Positions 1-10,687 of a stretch of DNA of 64,000 nucleotides are shown here, in pieces; the first letter of the stretch is position 1, and the number at the start of each line of letters is the position of its first letter. The notes below the pieces were generated by a model. That model saw nothing but the letters and a program-made list of their open reading frames with translations. It was not told the DNA's origin and ran no database searches. Origin of the DNA: a virus; IMG/VR virus record IMGVR_UViG_3300011443_000001; one strand, written 5' to 3'. Both the position numbers and the translations under genes were made by a program.

Positions 1-73
1 GCCGCTACCCGAAGGGGCCAGTTGCCAAGGCGGTCGCACAAACTACCAACAGTCAATTCGAGAAACAACAACC

Positions 74-841
74 ATGAAGAACCTAGTCGTGGGGTATGCC
101 AGCCGGCCGGACGTGAACAACCGCGGAACAGAATATCTGTCTCGCTTCGGAACGTTCATGCCGCTGCATCCACACTTTTTCAATATGAGCGACAACCAAA
201 GCTACTACAAACCAGGGACGGACTTGAAGTTTACTCTTCTCTCCGCCGAGGACGAAACCGCATTGTTTACCAAGGCCCGCGAAAGTGGCGACCGGGAAGC
301 GCGCGAGTTTCTAATCACCAACCATCTGCTTTTCGCGGCGACCTACGCGCGGAAAATCGTGAAGGGCAAGCTGCCGGATAACGAAGTCGTGAGCGCGGCG
401 AACTTCGGGCTGATGAAGGCGTTCGAAGCGTTTGACCACACGCGCGGCAAGCGGTTCTCGGCGTATGCCAAGCCGTATATCCGGTCCGAAATCGCCACGC
501 TCTGGCGTTCGAAGGACATCGTGGACTACCACGGCAATTTTCCGGACGCCCCGGACGACAACGTGGCGCTGCTGGATGAGGACGCCGGCGTGGTGCAGCC
601 CGATGTGGAGGGCGACAGCCGGGAGATGGTTTTGCGATGTCTGGAGTCCGCCAGAAGCGTGCTGAACGCCAAGGAAGCAAAGGTCCTCCGCATGTTCTAC
701 GAGGACAACCTGAACTTCCGGGAAATCGGGGACACGCTCGACATCACGCGCGAGCGAATTCGGCAGCTTCACAACAGCGCGTTGAATAAGTTGCGTCGCG
801 CCTTTGTGCGCGCTGGCGTGGACGCCCAGGGGGAGGTATGA
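74..841 (+). CDS. Phage-encoded sigma-70-family RNA polymerase sigma factor
   Basis: Region 2 (SAANFGLMKAFEAFDHTRGKRFSAYAKPYIR) and region 4.2 HTH (NFREIGDTLDITRERIRQL) recognisable; region 3 short. Confidence 0.9.
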   Translation: MKNLVVGYASRPDVNNRGTEYLSRFGTFMPLHPHFFNMSDNQSYYKPGTDLKFTLLSAEDETALFTKARESGDREAREFLITNHLLFAATYARKIVKGKLPDNEVVSAANFGLMKAFEAFDHTRGKRFSAYAKPYIRSEIATLWRSKDIVDYHGNFPDAPDDNVALLDEDAGVVQPDVEGDSREMVLRCLESARSVLNAKEAKVLRMFYEDNLNFREIGDTLDITRERIRQLHNSALNKLRRAFVRAGVDAQGEV

Positions 842-1047
842 ATTGCCCCGTCTGCAAGGCGCCCGACGTGGAAGAGTGCGCCAATGAGGTCGATATCGGC
901 GTGGGCGTCCAGCGCTTCGTGTGGGGTTACCTCTGCTCGAAGTGTGGCGAAATTCCCGTGTGCCCGGACTGCGGTTGCTGTGGCAACGAACCGGGTGACC
1001 ACTTCGCGTGGTGCCGGGACGTGAAATCGCTGAGGGGGAGAGAATGA
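838..1047 (+). CDS. Small Cys-rich (Zn-finger-like) hypothetical protein
   Basis: CPVC, CSKC, CPDC motifs; ATGA-type overlap with sigma gene. Confidence 0.6.
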   Translation: MNCPVCKAPDVEECANEVDIGVGVQRFVWGYLCSKCGEIPVCPDCGCCGNEPGDHFAWCRDVKSLRGRE

Positions 1048-1562
1048 ACATCCTGGCCTTGGACCTAGGCACCAAGACCGGCTGGGCTAGCCGTTGGGCT
1101 GGCAGGCTCAACGCGGGCACTTGGAACTTCGAACAAAAGAAAGGCCCCTGCTGCGCCGTGGACCCGCGGCTAATTTGCTTCCGCCACCGGCTGGAAGAAA
1201 GCGGGGACACCTTCGACTTGCTGGCATACGAGGACGTGCAGTTCATGCGCGGGCGGGCGCAGGCTTTTCTGTGGTCCGGGTTCCGAACGGTCCTCTGGCT
1301 TTTCGCGCACGACCACAAAATCCCCATTATCTGTTGCCCAGTGAAAACGCTGAAGAAGTATGCGACTGGCAACGGCAACTCGGACAAGGACGCAATGGCC
1401 CTGGCCTATTATGAAAAGGTGCAGGTCGGTGGCCTTGTAACCTCAGTCGAGAACTTCGCGAATCCGGGGTCCGCGCTGGACGACAACGCAATCGACGCGT
1501 GGCATCTCCTGCACTGGGCTGAATCACAGCCATTGACAAATCCGAAAAATTCCACACCTTAA
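1044..1562 (+). CDS. RuvC-like Holliday junction resolvase / RNase H-fold nuclease
   Basis: MNILALDLGTKTGW start, AYEDV, LKKYATGNGNSDKDAM, DDNAIDA acidic motifs. Confidence 0.8.
   Translation: MNILALDLGTKTGWASRWAGRLNAGTWNFEQKKGPCCAVDPRLICFRHRLEESGDTFDLLAYEDVQFMRGRAQAFLWSGFRTVLWLFAHDHKIPIICCPVKTLKKYATGNGNSDKDAMALAYYEKVQVGGLVTSVENFANPGSALDDNAIDAWHLLHWAESQPLTNPKNSTP
1533..1558 (+). promoter_or_regulatory. Short-spacer motif TTGACA-N14-CACACC
   Basis: Copy of genome-wide motif, 10 nt before ATG 1569. Confidence 0.55.
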
Positions 1563-1568
1563 CTTGGA

Positions 1569-2138
1569 ATGAACCAACAGTATCCTATGCTTGTTCCGAA
1601 CCGGGAGTCCGTAAACTCGGAGCAAATTTCTACTCTCCTGCACGTCATCAACGCCTTCCAAGCGTATCTGCTGGCGCCTCACCGGGAGTTTGACCCGAAT
1701 AACGCGCACCCGGAGCTGGACGGCGGGGCGCTGGCCGCGGCGACCGTGACCTTCGGCAACGCCTGCAAAAAGCTGGACGAGATACTTAACGACAACGGCC
1801 GTTGGGGGCTGGACAAGGCGAACGACCTTTATGGGTCACTCGTCAAGACCCAGGAGGCCCATCAAGCGCTGCTCGGCGCGCAGAAGAAGGTCGCGGAGGC
1901 CGCGCTTCTGCCGCACAGTCAGCTCAAGCCGACAATTTTCCAGCACGGGGGAATTTTCCTCGCCATCTACGGCGACCCGTCTATCCCCGCCGGCCACATC
2001 GTGGGTCGCGGGTTCACGCCGGAGGCGGCGCTTAACGACTTTGACCTTGCTTTCAAACGACTGGCGAACGACCAATACCAAATTGCGGTCGAGCCGGGCG
2101 ACGACACCAACCCAAAGAACAACAAGAAGACCAAATGA
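1569..2138 (+). CDS. Hypothetical protein
   Basis: 189-aa ORF in operon, preceded by promoter-like motif at 1533. Confidence 0.7.
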   Translation: MNQQYPMLVPNRESVNSEQISTLLHVINAFQAYLLAPHREFDPNNAHPELDGGALAAATVTFGNACKKLDEILNDNGRWGLDKANDLYGSLVKTQEAHQALLGAQKKVAEAALLPHSQLKPTIFQHGGIFLAIYGDPSIPAGHIVGRGFTPEAALNDFDLAFKRLANDQYQIAVEPGDDTNPKNNKKTK

Positions 2139-3211
2139 AGTGGACCCCAAAAGATATCCAGGCGTTTGCCGGGCTTGTAGCCGCTGGCTACACTGATGAA
2201 GGACTGGCAAAGAGCTTTGGAATTAGTGAGCCGGCCGTGCGGCGTGCGCGGCAGCGGTTCGTTCCGTCCAGTGTGACGCGGCGCGGCGAAGCGGCGAAAA
2301 TTGAAGTGGTGGAAGCCGCGCCCGCGAAGCCGGTGGACCCGAAGGAGGCGTTCATTTCCAAGGAACCCCTCCCGTTCGGAACCATCCCACTCGACGTGGT
2401 TGACGGCGACGACTGGACCCGGCTCGGGCTCGTGTCTGATACACACCTTTGCTGCCGGGAAGAACGGCTCGACGCGCTGCACGCGCAATACGACATCTTC
2501 GAGCGCGAGGGCATCGTAGACGTTTTCCACGGTGGCAACATCGTTGACGGATACGTTCCGAGAATCAACGGCGGCTCTGTTTACGAGTCGTCCATCGACG
2601 GACAGGCCATCTACTGCGCGAAACAATATCCCCAGCGCAAGGGAATCACTACGCACTTCATCACCGGCAACGACCATGAGGGCTGGTGGCAGAAAGAGGG
2701 CTTCAACTTCGGTGCGTATCTCGAATTCGTGGCACGCACAAGTTTTCAGCGCACCGACCTGCACTACATCGGGCACGTTGAAGCGGACATCCTGCTGCGC
2801 GCCGGCGAATTTACTCAGGTGATGAAAATCCAGCACCCCGGCGGCGGCTCGGCCTACGCTCGGTCTTACAAGGGCCAGAAAATGGTGGAGAGCTTCCAGG
2901 GCGGCGAGAAGCCGGCCATTCTGGTGCAAGGCCACTATCATGTAAGCGGCTACAGTTTTGACCGCAATGTTCACATCATCGGCATGCCCGGTTTTCAGGA
3001 CCAGACCATCTTCGGCCGCACAAAACATCTGCGCTACGAAATCGGCGGCGTCACGCTGGACTTCAAAATGTCGTCCAAGACCGGCGCCATTACTCGAATT
3101 CGCCCTGAATTCTGCATGTTTTTCGACCGCGGTTTTTATAAAAAATTCCTTGCGTCGGACAAGCTTCTGGTGCATCCTATCCGGACCGTGGTGAACACTG
3201 GTAACATTTAG
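2135..3211 (+). CDS. Calcineurin-like metallophosphoesterase with N-terminal HTH
   Basis: SDTH, GGNIVDG, GNDHE, QHP, GHYH metal-binding motifs; N-terminal HTH-like LAKSFGISEPAVRRAR. Confidence 0.8.
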   Translation: MKWTPKDIQAFAGLVAAGYTDEGLAKSFGISEPAVRRARQRFVPSSVTRRGEAAKIEVVEAAPAKPVDPKEAFISKEPLPFGTIPLDVVDGDDWTRLGLVSDTHLCCREERLDALHAQYDIFEREGIVDVFHGGNIVDGYVPRINGGSVYESSIDGQAIYCAKQYPQRKGITTHFITGNDHEGWWQKEGFNFGAYLEFVARTSFQRTDLHYIGHVEADILLRAGEFTQVMKIQHPGGGSAYARSYKGQKMVESFQGGEKPAILVQGHYHVSGYSFDRNVHIIGMPGFQDQTIFGRTKHLRYEIGGVTLDFKMSSKTGAITRIRPEFCMFFDRGFYKKFLASDKLLVHPIRTVVNTGNI

Positions 3212-3242
3212 CGCCCCGTAAGCGCCTAAACCTACAGAGACA

Positions 3243-3683
3243 ATGAACAAAATCATCCTAATGGCGCTGCTCGTGGCAGCGGTCCCGGCGTTCGCCGGAG
3301 TCAAGGAAATCGGCACCGTGAACGGCCTGAAGGTCGTCCGCATCAAGACGGCCGGCGTGTTCGCTCCGAGCACGACGACGGTTGTGGTGTTCGACCCGAA
3401 GAAGCCCGGCACCATCGAAGCCGTTCTGAACGGCACCGGCGGTCCGGGCTTCGTTCCGGCGGTCGCGACGGCCGGCGGCATCGTGGGCGGCGCGGCTGTG
3501 CTGCGTCCGGCTCGCACGAAGGTCCAACAGTCCGGCGGCAATGCCACCGGCGTGGGAGTCGGGACGGGCGGCAATGGCACCGGCGGCAATGGCACCGGCG
3601 GCAATGGCACCGGCGGGGCCGGCGGCGTTGGCGGTGGGGCCTTCGTTCCTCCTGGCCACCAGAACAACCCCAGCAACAACTAA
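3243..3683 (+). CDS. Secreted protein with Gly-rich GGNGT repeat tail
   Basis: Signal peptide MNKIILMALLVAAVPAFA; repeats at C-terminus. Confidence 0.75.
   Translation: MNKIILMALLVAAVPAFAGVKEIGTVNGLKVVRIKTAGVFAPSTTTVVVFDPKKPGTIEAVLNGTGGPGFVPAVATAGGIVGGAAVLRPARTKVQQSGGNATGVGVGTGGNGTGGNGTGGNGTGGAGGVGGGAFVPPGHQNNPSNN
3567..3611 (+). repeat. Three exact tandem 15-bp repeats (ggcggcaatggcacc), coding GGNGT
   Basis: Read directly; degenerate copy at 3534-3548. Confidence 0.9.
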
Positions 3684-3687
3684 TCAT

Positions 3688-4020
3688 ATGCCCCCTGTCT
3701 CGGAATTCCACGCAATCGAAACCCTTCAGTTTTCTCCTGCGGCGGAGGACCTGCTTCGCCGGAAGCTGAGTGAAACCACGCCCGCGGACCGGGAAGAAGT
3801 TCGCCGGCTGTTCTTGGAAGACACCCTGGCTGACGCGGCCGTCCTCGGGGAAGCCCTGGCTCGCGCCAAGGGCCACCTCAAGGCGCCCGTGTGCCTCGCG
3901 GCCTTCCCGCTGGTCGTGGACATCAGCGCGCTGGAAGCCCAGTTGCGCAAGGTCCACGAATGCGTGGCCAACGCCGCGCTCGAGATGTCCAAGCTTTCGG
4001 ACATCGTTTGCCCGGAGTAG
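3688..4020 (+). CDS. Hypothetical protein
   Basis: ATG at 3688 within ORF 3541-4020; phage-like codon usage. Confidence 0.6.
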   Translation: MPPVSEFHAIETLQFSPAAEDLLRRKLSETTPADREEVRRLFLEDTLADAAVLGEALARAKGHLKAPVCLAAFPLVVDISALEAQLRKVHECVANAALEMSKLSDIVCPE

Positions 4021-4060
4021 TAGCACCTGCCAATGGCGCCACGGACGGCGCCCGATTTGT

Positions 4061-4279
4061 ATGATGACCGCCATTGCCTTCGCCTCGTGTGGAATTTCGT
4101 GTCTCGTGATGCTGTGTTACATGCGCCAACAGGACAAGCGCATTGACAAATTGCAGTGCGACCTGTTCCACTATGCCACTCATGAATACGTCATGGGTCG
4201 GTTCACCAACGTGTGGTCCGAAATTCACCACACCCAGGACGCCGTGAGTAAACTCCAGGCGAAGCGAGGTGCCAAGTGA
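4061..4279 (+). CDS. Small membrane protein
   Basis: N-terminal hydrophobic helix followed by coiled-coil-like tail; overlaps next gene GTGA. Confidence 0.55.
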   Translation: MMTAIAFASCGISCLVMLCYMRQQDKRIDKLQCDLFHYATHEYVMGRFTNVWSEIHHTQDAVSKLQAKRGAK

Positions 4280-4473
4280 CTTTTTGCGAAAAGAGCAAAG
4301 CCACTAGAACCGACGGACACCGATACACCATCGCGCTGGCGCCCGGCATCGGTATCTTGGCGCCCTACGTGGACGAGCTGATGTCCGGGGGCTGGGTTCC
4401 GACTGGCGGCGTCGCGTTCGACGAGGACGAATACGCATATCAAGCATTGACCAAACCAACTACTACTGACTAA
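4276..4473 (+). CDS. Hypothetical protein
   Basis: Coupled ORF; GWVPTGGV...YQAL pattern reminiscent of DUF1737-like proteins. Confidence 0.55.
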   Translation: MTFCEKSKATRTDGHRYTIALAPGIGILAPYVDELMSGGWVPTGGVAFDEDEYAYQALTKPTTTD

Positions 4474-4928
4474 TGAAACGAAAACTCTTTTGCATCTGGT
4501 TCGCGTGTGTGGCTTTTGCCTACGCGGCTCTGGCCGCGCCGCTACCGTCGTTCAAAAACGTTCCGGGGTATTGCGTGCCCATGAAGTGTGACCCCTTCAG
4601 CCGCGCCGCGCTGCGCGCACTCCACGCTCACGGCATCCCCGCGCACCGCGTGGTTTATGGCTGGTCGCAGTATGGCTATGGAAGCCAGTCCCACGCCATC
4701 GTCCTTTTCCAGTGGGAGGGCAAGTTTTATCTGATGGACAACGCCCGCCAAGTCCCGCATCCCGTCGCCGCCAAGACCGACTTGGGTTGCGTCAACCGCA
4801 CGGTCCGCAACTGGAATACGCACTGCTGGATGGTGGACGAGAACGGCGACCGCATCGCGCCGCGCAAGATGGCGGACCTTTTTGCTCCGAATCCTGCTTG
4901 GCTAAAACAACTACAGGTGGGCCGATGA
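4473..4928 (+). CDS. Secreted transglutaminase-like cysteine protease (BTLCP/LapG-like)
   Basis: Signal peptide; Cys-His-Asp pattern KCDPFS...GIP...SHAIVLF...YLMDN. Confidence 0.6.
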   Translation: MKRKLFCIWFACVAFAYAALAAPLPSFKNVPGYCVPMKCDPFSRAALRALHAHGIPAHRVVYGWSQYGYGSQSHAIVLFQWEGKFYLMDNARQVPHPVAAKTDLGCVNRTVRNWNTHCWMVDENGDRIAPRKMADLFAPNPAWLKQLQVGR

Positions 4929-5113
4929 AAATCAGCGAAGTCATCGCCGAGTTGGAAAAACTAAAGACCGAGCACGGGGACATCCCGATGGTCGTTCGCT
5001 GGTATGACCAATTCTGGGAAGAAGTCGGAGACGTGACCGTGGGCTCCCACTATTTTATGCATCATGGCGACGGCGGCAACTACAAAGAAAAATCGGCGAC
5101 CCTGACGCCATGA
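4925..5113 (+). CDS. Hypothetical protein
   Basis: MKISEVIAELEKLKTEHGDIPMV, common phage small-protein pattern; coupled overlaps. Confidence 0.6.
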   Translation: MKISEVIAELEKLKTEHGDIPMVVRWYDQFWEEVGDVTVGSHYFMHHGDGGNYKEKSATLTP

Positions 5114-5316
5114 AACGCCTCGATGAAGTTCCTCGGGACCTTATGGTGCGGGCCGGTATTCGACTCTTGCGGCAACACGGAACGAGAGCGGTGAAGGGCG
5201 CCCCGGTCTGGGTGGCTGTGGTGGACCTTTGTGGCGTCGGCAGCACGTCCGCCTGCGCCATATGCAAGGAGCTGGGAATCGACCCCGGCGTCTCCATAAG
5301 AGACACTCTCGTATGA
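5110..5316 (+). CDS. Hypothetical protein
   Basis: Coupled ORF (ATGA overlaps both sides). Confidence 0.55.
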   Translation: MKRLDEVPRDLMVRAGIRLLRQHGTRAVKGAPVWVAVVDLCGVGSTSACAICKELGIDPGVSIRDTLV

Positions 5317-5516
5317 AACCCTTTTACGCCAAACTCCCGAACCCGCGCGAATACTGGTGCGAGAGTCACCGGCGCTGGGCCACGCATGTTTTTGTCCGCT
5401 TACACGCTCCGCCCGCTATCTGCTGCGCGCCCGGGCTGGGCGGAATTATGTTGCCCTGTTTTTGTAGAAAGAAACCCGATGAACCCACTTCGCTTACACC
5501 TGCTCGGATTACCTAA
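5313..5516 (+). CDS. Small Cys/His-rich hypothetical protein
   Basis: ATG at 5313, coupled to previous gene. Confidence 0.45.
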   Translation: MKPFYAKLPNPREYWCESHRRWATHVFVRLHAPPAICCAPGLGGIMLPCFCRKKPDEPTSLTPARIT

Positions 5517-6546
5517 CGCCCCCGTCAGCGAAAAATACTCGCTTGACGGATTCGCTGCCGCCGGCCACCGTTTCTCCCGGATGATGAAATCACTCGGACA
5601 CCACGTCATTTTGTATGGCGCGGAGGGCAGCGACGCCCCGTGCTCGGAATTCGTGCAGTTGATTTCCGAAAAAGAACGGACCCAATTGCTGGGCAACGCC
5701 CAATACCAACACGCAATCATGGACGAGCGGTATCCGCTCTGGCAGCTCGGGAATTCCCGCGGCGCTGCGGAGGTTTCCCGTCGGAAACAGGCGGGTGATT
5801 TCTTGCTGACCATTGGCGGCTGGTCGCAGTCCCCGATTTTCCATTTCAATCCGGAGCTGCTGGCCGTTGAGTATTCGATTGGCTATGAGGGCAGCTTCGC
5901 GGACCACCGCGTCTTCGAAAGTTACGCCTGGATGCACGAATCATATGGCCGGCAGGGCATCCGCGACGGACGATTTTTCGACACGGTGATTCCTGTCCCT
6001 TTTGACCCGTCGCATTTTCCATTTGCGGACAAGCCCGACGATTATTTTTTGTATGTGGGACGCCTCATCGAGCGAAAGGGCATCGGCATCGCGTGTCAGG
6101 CGGCTACGGCCGCGGGCGTGAAGCTGAAAATCATCGGCCACGGCGGGGACACCAAATTCATCACCGGGGGTCACGAATACCTGGGGGCTGTTGATTGGCG
6201 CCTCCGCAACGAGCTTGTGGCAAAAGCCCGCGCGGTGTTTACCCCAACGATTTATCTCGAGCCCTTCAACTGCGCGGCTGTCGAAGCCCAAATGTGCGGC
6301 ACGCCGGTCATCTCCACGGACTGGGGCGGCTTCACGGAGACTGTCGAGCAGGGGCGCACGGGCTTCCGTTGCTCGTATCTAGGTGAGTTTGTCCGAGCGA
6401 CCCGTGACGTGGAAAACCTCGACCGAAATTACATCCGCGACCGCGCGCTTGCAAAATACTCGATGCATGTGCTGCGGCACGACTACGACCGGTATTTGAA
6501 CCGGCTTACGAAGCGCTGGAAGGCCGGCTGGAACGCCCTGGACTGA
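5479..6546 (+). CDS. GT-B (family 4-like) glycosyltransferase
   Basis: FLYVGRLIERKG and EPFNCAAVEAQMCGTPVISTDWGGFTETV motifs. Confidence 0.9.
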   Translation: MNPLRLHLLGLPNAPVSEKYSLDGFAAAGHRFSRMMKSLGHHVILYGAEGSDAPCSEFVQLISEKERTQLLGNAQYQHAIMDERYPLWQLGNSRGAAEVSRRKQAGDFLLTIGGWSQSPIFHFNPELLAVEYSIGYEGSFADHRVFESYAWMHESYGRQGIRDGRFFDTVIPVPFDPSHFPFADKPDDYFLYVGRLIERKGIGIACQAATAAGVKLKIIGHGGDTKFITGGHEYLGAVDWRLRNELVAKARAVFTPTIYLEPFNCAAVEAQMCGTPVISTDWGGFTETVEQGRTGFRCSYLGEFVRATRDVENLDRNYIRDRALAKYSMHVLRHDYDRYLNRLTKRWKAGWNALD

Positions 6547-6766
6547 CAATTTTCCGCGCGTCAGTTGTAACCAACTTCATCACCTCCGGAGCGTGGTCGT
6601 CCCGGTTGGCTGACGGGCCGGTGCAAATCGGTTCGTATCGGTCATCAAAACGAAACCGGTTTTTGCACAGCGGGCACTCGTAGACAAACACACCGCGCGT
6701 GACGAGCTGGGTGCCCGGCACGACGCGTGTGTATAGCGGCGAAAAGAGAGGCTTAGACGTATTCAT
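6506..6766 (-). CDS. Small hypothetical protein (CxxC motif)
   Basis: Last ORF of the late operon; YECPLC...PICTG. Confidence 0.55.
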   Translation of the reverse strand: MNTSKPLFSPLYTRVVPGTQLVTRGVFVYECPLCKNRFRFDDRYEPICTGPSANRDDHAPEVMKLVTTDARKIVSPGRSSRPSSAS

Positions 6767-7076
6767 AGCCCCACGCCCCGAAGTTCGGTGCGTTGGTTGC
6801 GATGGAATCCGCCCTCACCTGCAAAATGCCCGCCGATGGGATGACCCACCAGCCGTTCGCTGTGAGCGGAACGCCGGGCGTGATGACTTGGTTTTCCACG
6901 AGGACCGTTCCCTCACCGCCGGCTTCTCGACTGAGAAACGCGTTGTGAGTTGTGGTCAAGACGTTGAAAACGTAGGTCCGCATGATGCCGGTGACCGCCG
7001 TTGCCGTGTAGACTGTCGCGTAGGTAGCCGTGATGGCTGTCGGTGCGCGAAGTTCTTTTGGTGTGTATACTGCCAT
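6753..7076 (-). CDS. Putative virion beta-sandwich protein
   Basis: Beta-rich, Thr-rich 107-aa ORF directly downstream of the fibre gene. Confidence 0.6.
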   Translation of the reverse strand: MAVYTPKELRAPTAITATYATVYTATAVTGIMRTYVFNVLTTTHNAFLSREAGGEGTVLVENQVITPGVPLTANGWWVIPSAGILQVRADSIATNAPNFGAWGYEYV

Positions 7077-7100
7077 AGTGTTTTGTGTTAGTTGCCGCCG

Positions 7101-9410
<2,310 letters not shown>

Positions 9411-9413
9411 GGT

Positions 9414-9875
9414 TCAGCAACAATTTGAAAAAAACCACGCCGGCGCCAAACTCATCGAGCTTGAGCCCGTCCCGGCCGGACCGGTTGGCCCCGGCTGGCC
9501 GGCATCGCCAGTATCGCCCTTTGGTCCCGGTGGACCGGTTGGTCCAGTAGGGCCAGCCGCCCCGGCTGGTCCGGTCGCGCCCGCGCCGCCGCCACCTCCG
9601 CCCCCGCTGTCACCATCCTCAAAAATCTCGAAGTTCCAGCCGCGCCATAACTCGGAACCCGAAACGGTGTCCACCGTGATGACCAGAGTTGTGCGGGAGA
9701 GCGATTCAATCGGACCTTCCAGGAACACGGCCGGATTTTCGGCCGCGGTTGCCCGCACCCGGCTGCCCGGTGCGAATGATACGTTGTCCATCGTCTGGCG
9801 AAGGGCAAAGACGGCCGAACCCAGTTGGACGGCTACCAGAGAAGGCGATGAATTGCTCCACGAGACGATGGCCAC
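9414..9875 (-). CDS. Short collagen-containing virion protein
   Basis: Beta-rich N-terminus, poly-Gly, GPT repeats, ends WFFSNCC. Confidence 0.7.
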   Translation of the reverse strand: MAIVSWSNSSPSLVAVQLGSAVFALRQTMDNVSFAPGSRVRATAAENPAVFLEGPIESLSRTTLVITVDTVSGSELWRGWNFEIFEDGDSGGGGGGGAGATGPAGAAGPTGPTGPPGPKGDTGDAGQPGPTGPAGTGSSSMSLAPAWFFSNCC

Positions 9876-9878
9876 GGG

Positions 9879-10520
9879 TTACACCACGGGCTTAGAAATC
9901 GCATTGAGCACCCGGCCACGCCCAGGTGCAGGACCCGAGGTCGGGGAACCCGGCATCAAGTTACTGACGCGCGAGCCTAGGAGCCTTTTCTGCGTGCCGG
10001 CGGACGGCGGGGGACCAGAAGACACGGGAGCGGCTGCGGCTTGTCCTGGGGCAGCCAGGGCAGCCGGCGCCCCGTCTGGCGCGGCCGTCGCGTCCGGGGT
10101 TGTTCCGCCCCGGCGGGCAGCTTCGAACGACTGCACGAGTTGCTCGAAGGGGACGCCCATTTGCTCGAGCTGCCCGGCTTTGTCCGCATCGACAACCTCT
10201 TGGGGCTTAACAATTAACCCGTTAAAAAGCACGAAATTCCCCGGTATAGATTGGGATTCAAACGCGGCGAAACCGACCTTTTTCAAGGCGTTCGCGTTTT
10301 GGCTAAGAGTCTTGACTTCAGGCAGTTCGGAATCCATCGGACCGTAGGTGACCGGCGGGGAGCCGTTCATCAAGGCCGCAACCGCGGGAATCTTGGCCAC
10401 CGCCTCCGGCAAAACCGGCTCGCGCGCGGGAGTTTGCGACTCTTCGGCGGGCATTACTTCGCCGGCTTCGGCGACCGCCGGCTCGGCAACCGGCTGGATA
10501 TCTTCAGGCATCACGGGCAT
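9879..10520 (-). CDS. Hypothetical (putative virion) protein
   Basis: 213-aa ORF in late operon. Confidence 0.65.
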   Translation of the reverse strand: MPVMPEDIQPVAEPAVAEAGEVMPAEESQTPAREPVLPEAVAKIPAVAALMNGSPPVTYGPMDSELPEVKTLSQNANALKKVGFAAFESQSIPGNFVLFNGLIVKPQEVVDADKAGQLEQMGVPFEQLVQSFEAARRGGTTPDATAAPDGAPAALAAPGQAAAAPVSSGPPPSAGTQKRLLGSRVSNLMPGSPTSGPAPGRGRVLNAISKPVV

Positions 10521-10523
10521 ATT

Positions 10524-10682
10524 CTAAGAAGTGGGGGGTTTGGCCAGCTTGTCAACCGACTTGTCGCGGTCCGGCACGATTTGGTCCTCGTGCGCCGCCG
10601 TGTGCAGCATCTCAACCAGAAATTGCATCATTTCCGGCGAAAAGTCCTTTTCGATTTCCTCGCGCTTAGGTTCGGTTTTCAT
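10524..10682 (-). CDS. Small hypothetical protein (52 aa, not in ORF track)
   Basis: Hand-translated MKTEPKREEIEKDFSPEMMQFLVEMLH...; fills the gap exactly. Confidence 0.6.
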   Translation of the reverse strand: MKTEPKREEIEKDFSPEMMQFLVEMLHTAAHEDQIVPDRDKSVDKLAKPPTS

Positions 10683-10687
10683 CAACG

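Noticed and set aside
9411-9416. Recoded TGA (alternative genetic code) joining two collagen genes
   Set aside because: Many genes end in TGA and the same 3-nt junction occurs after TAA and TAG; kept only as possible low-level readthrough
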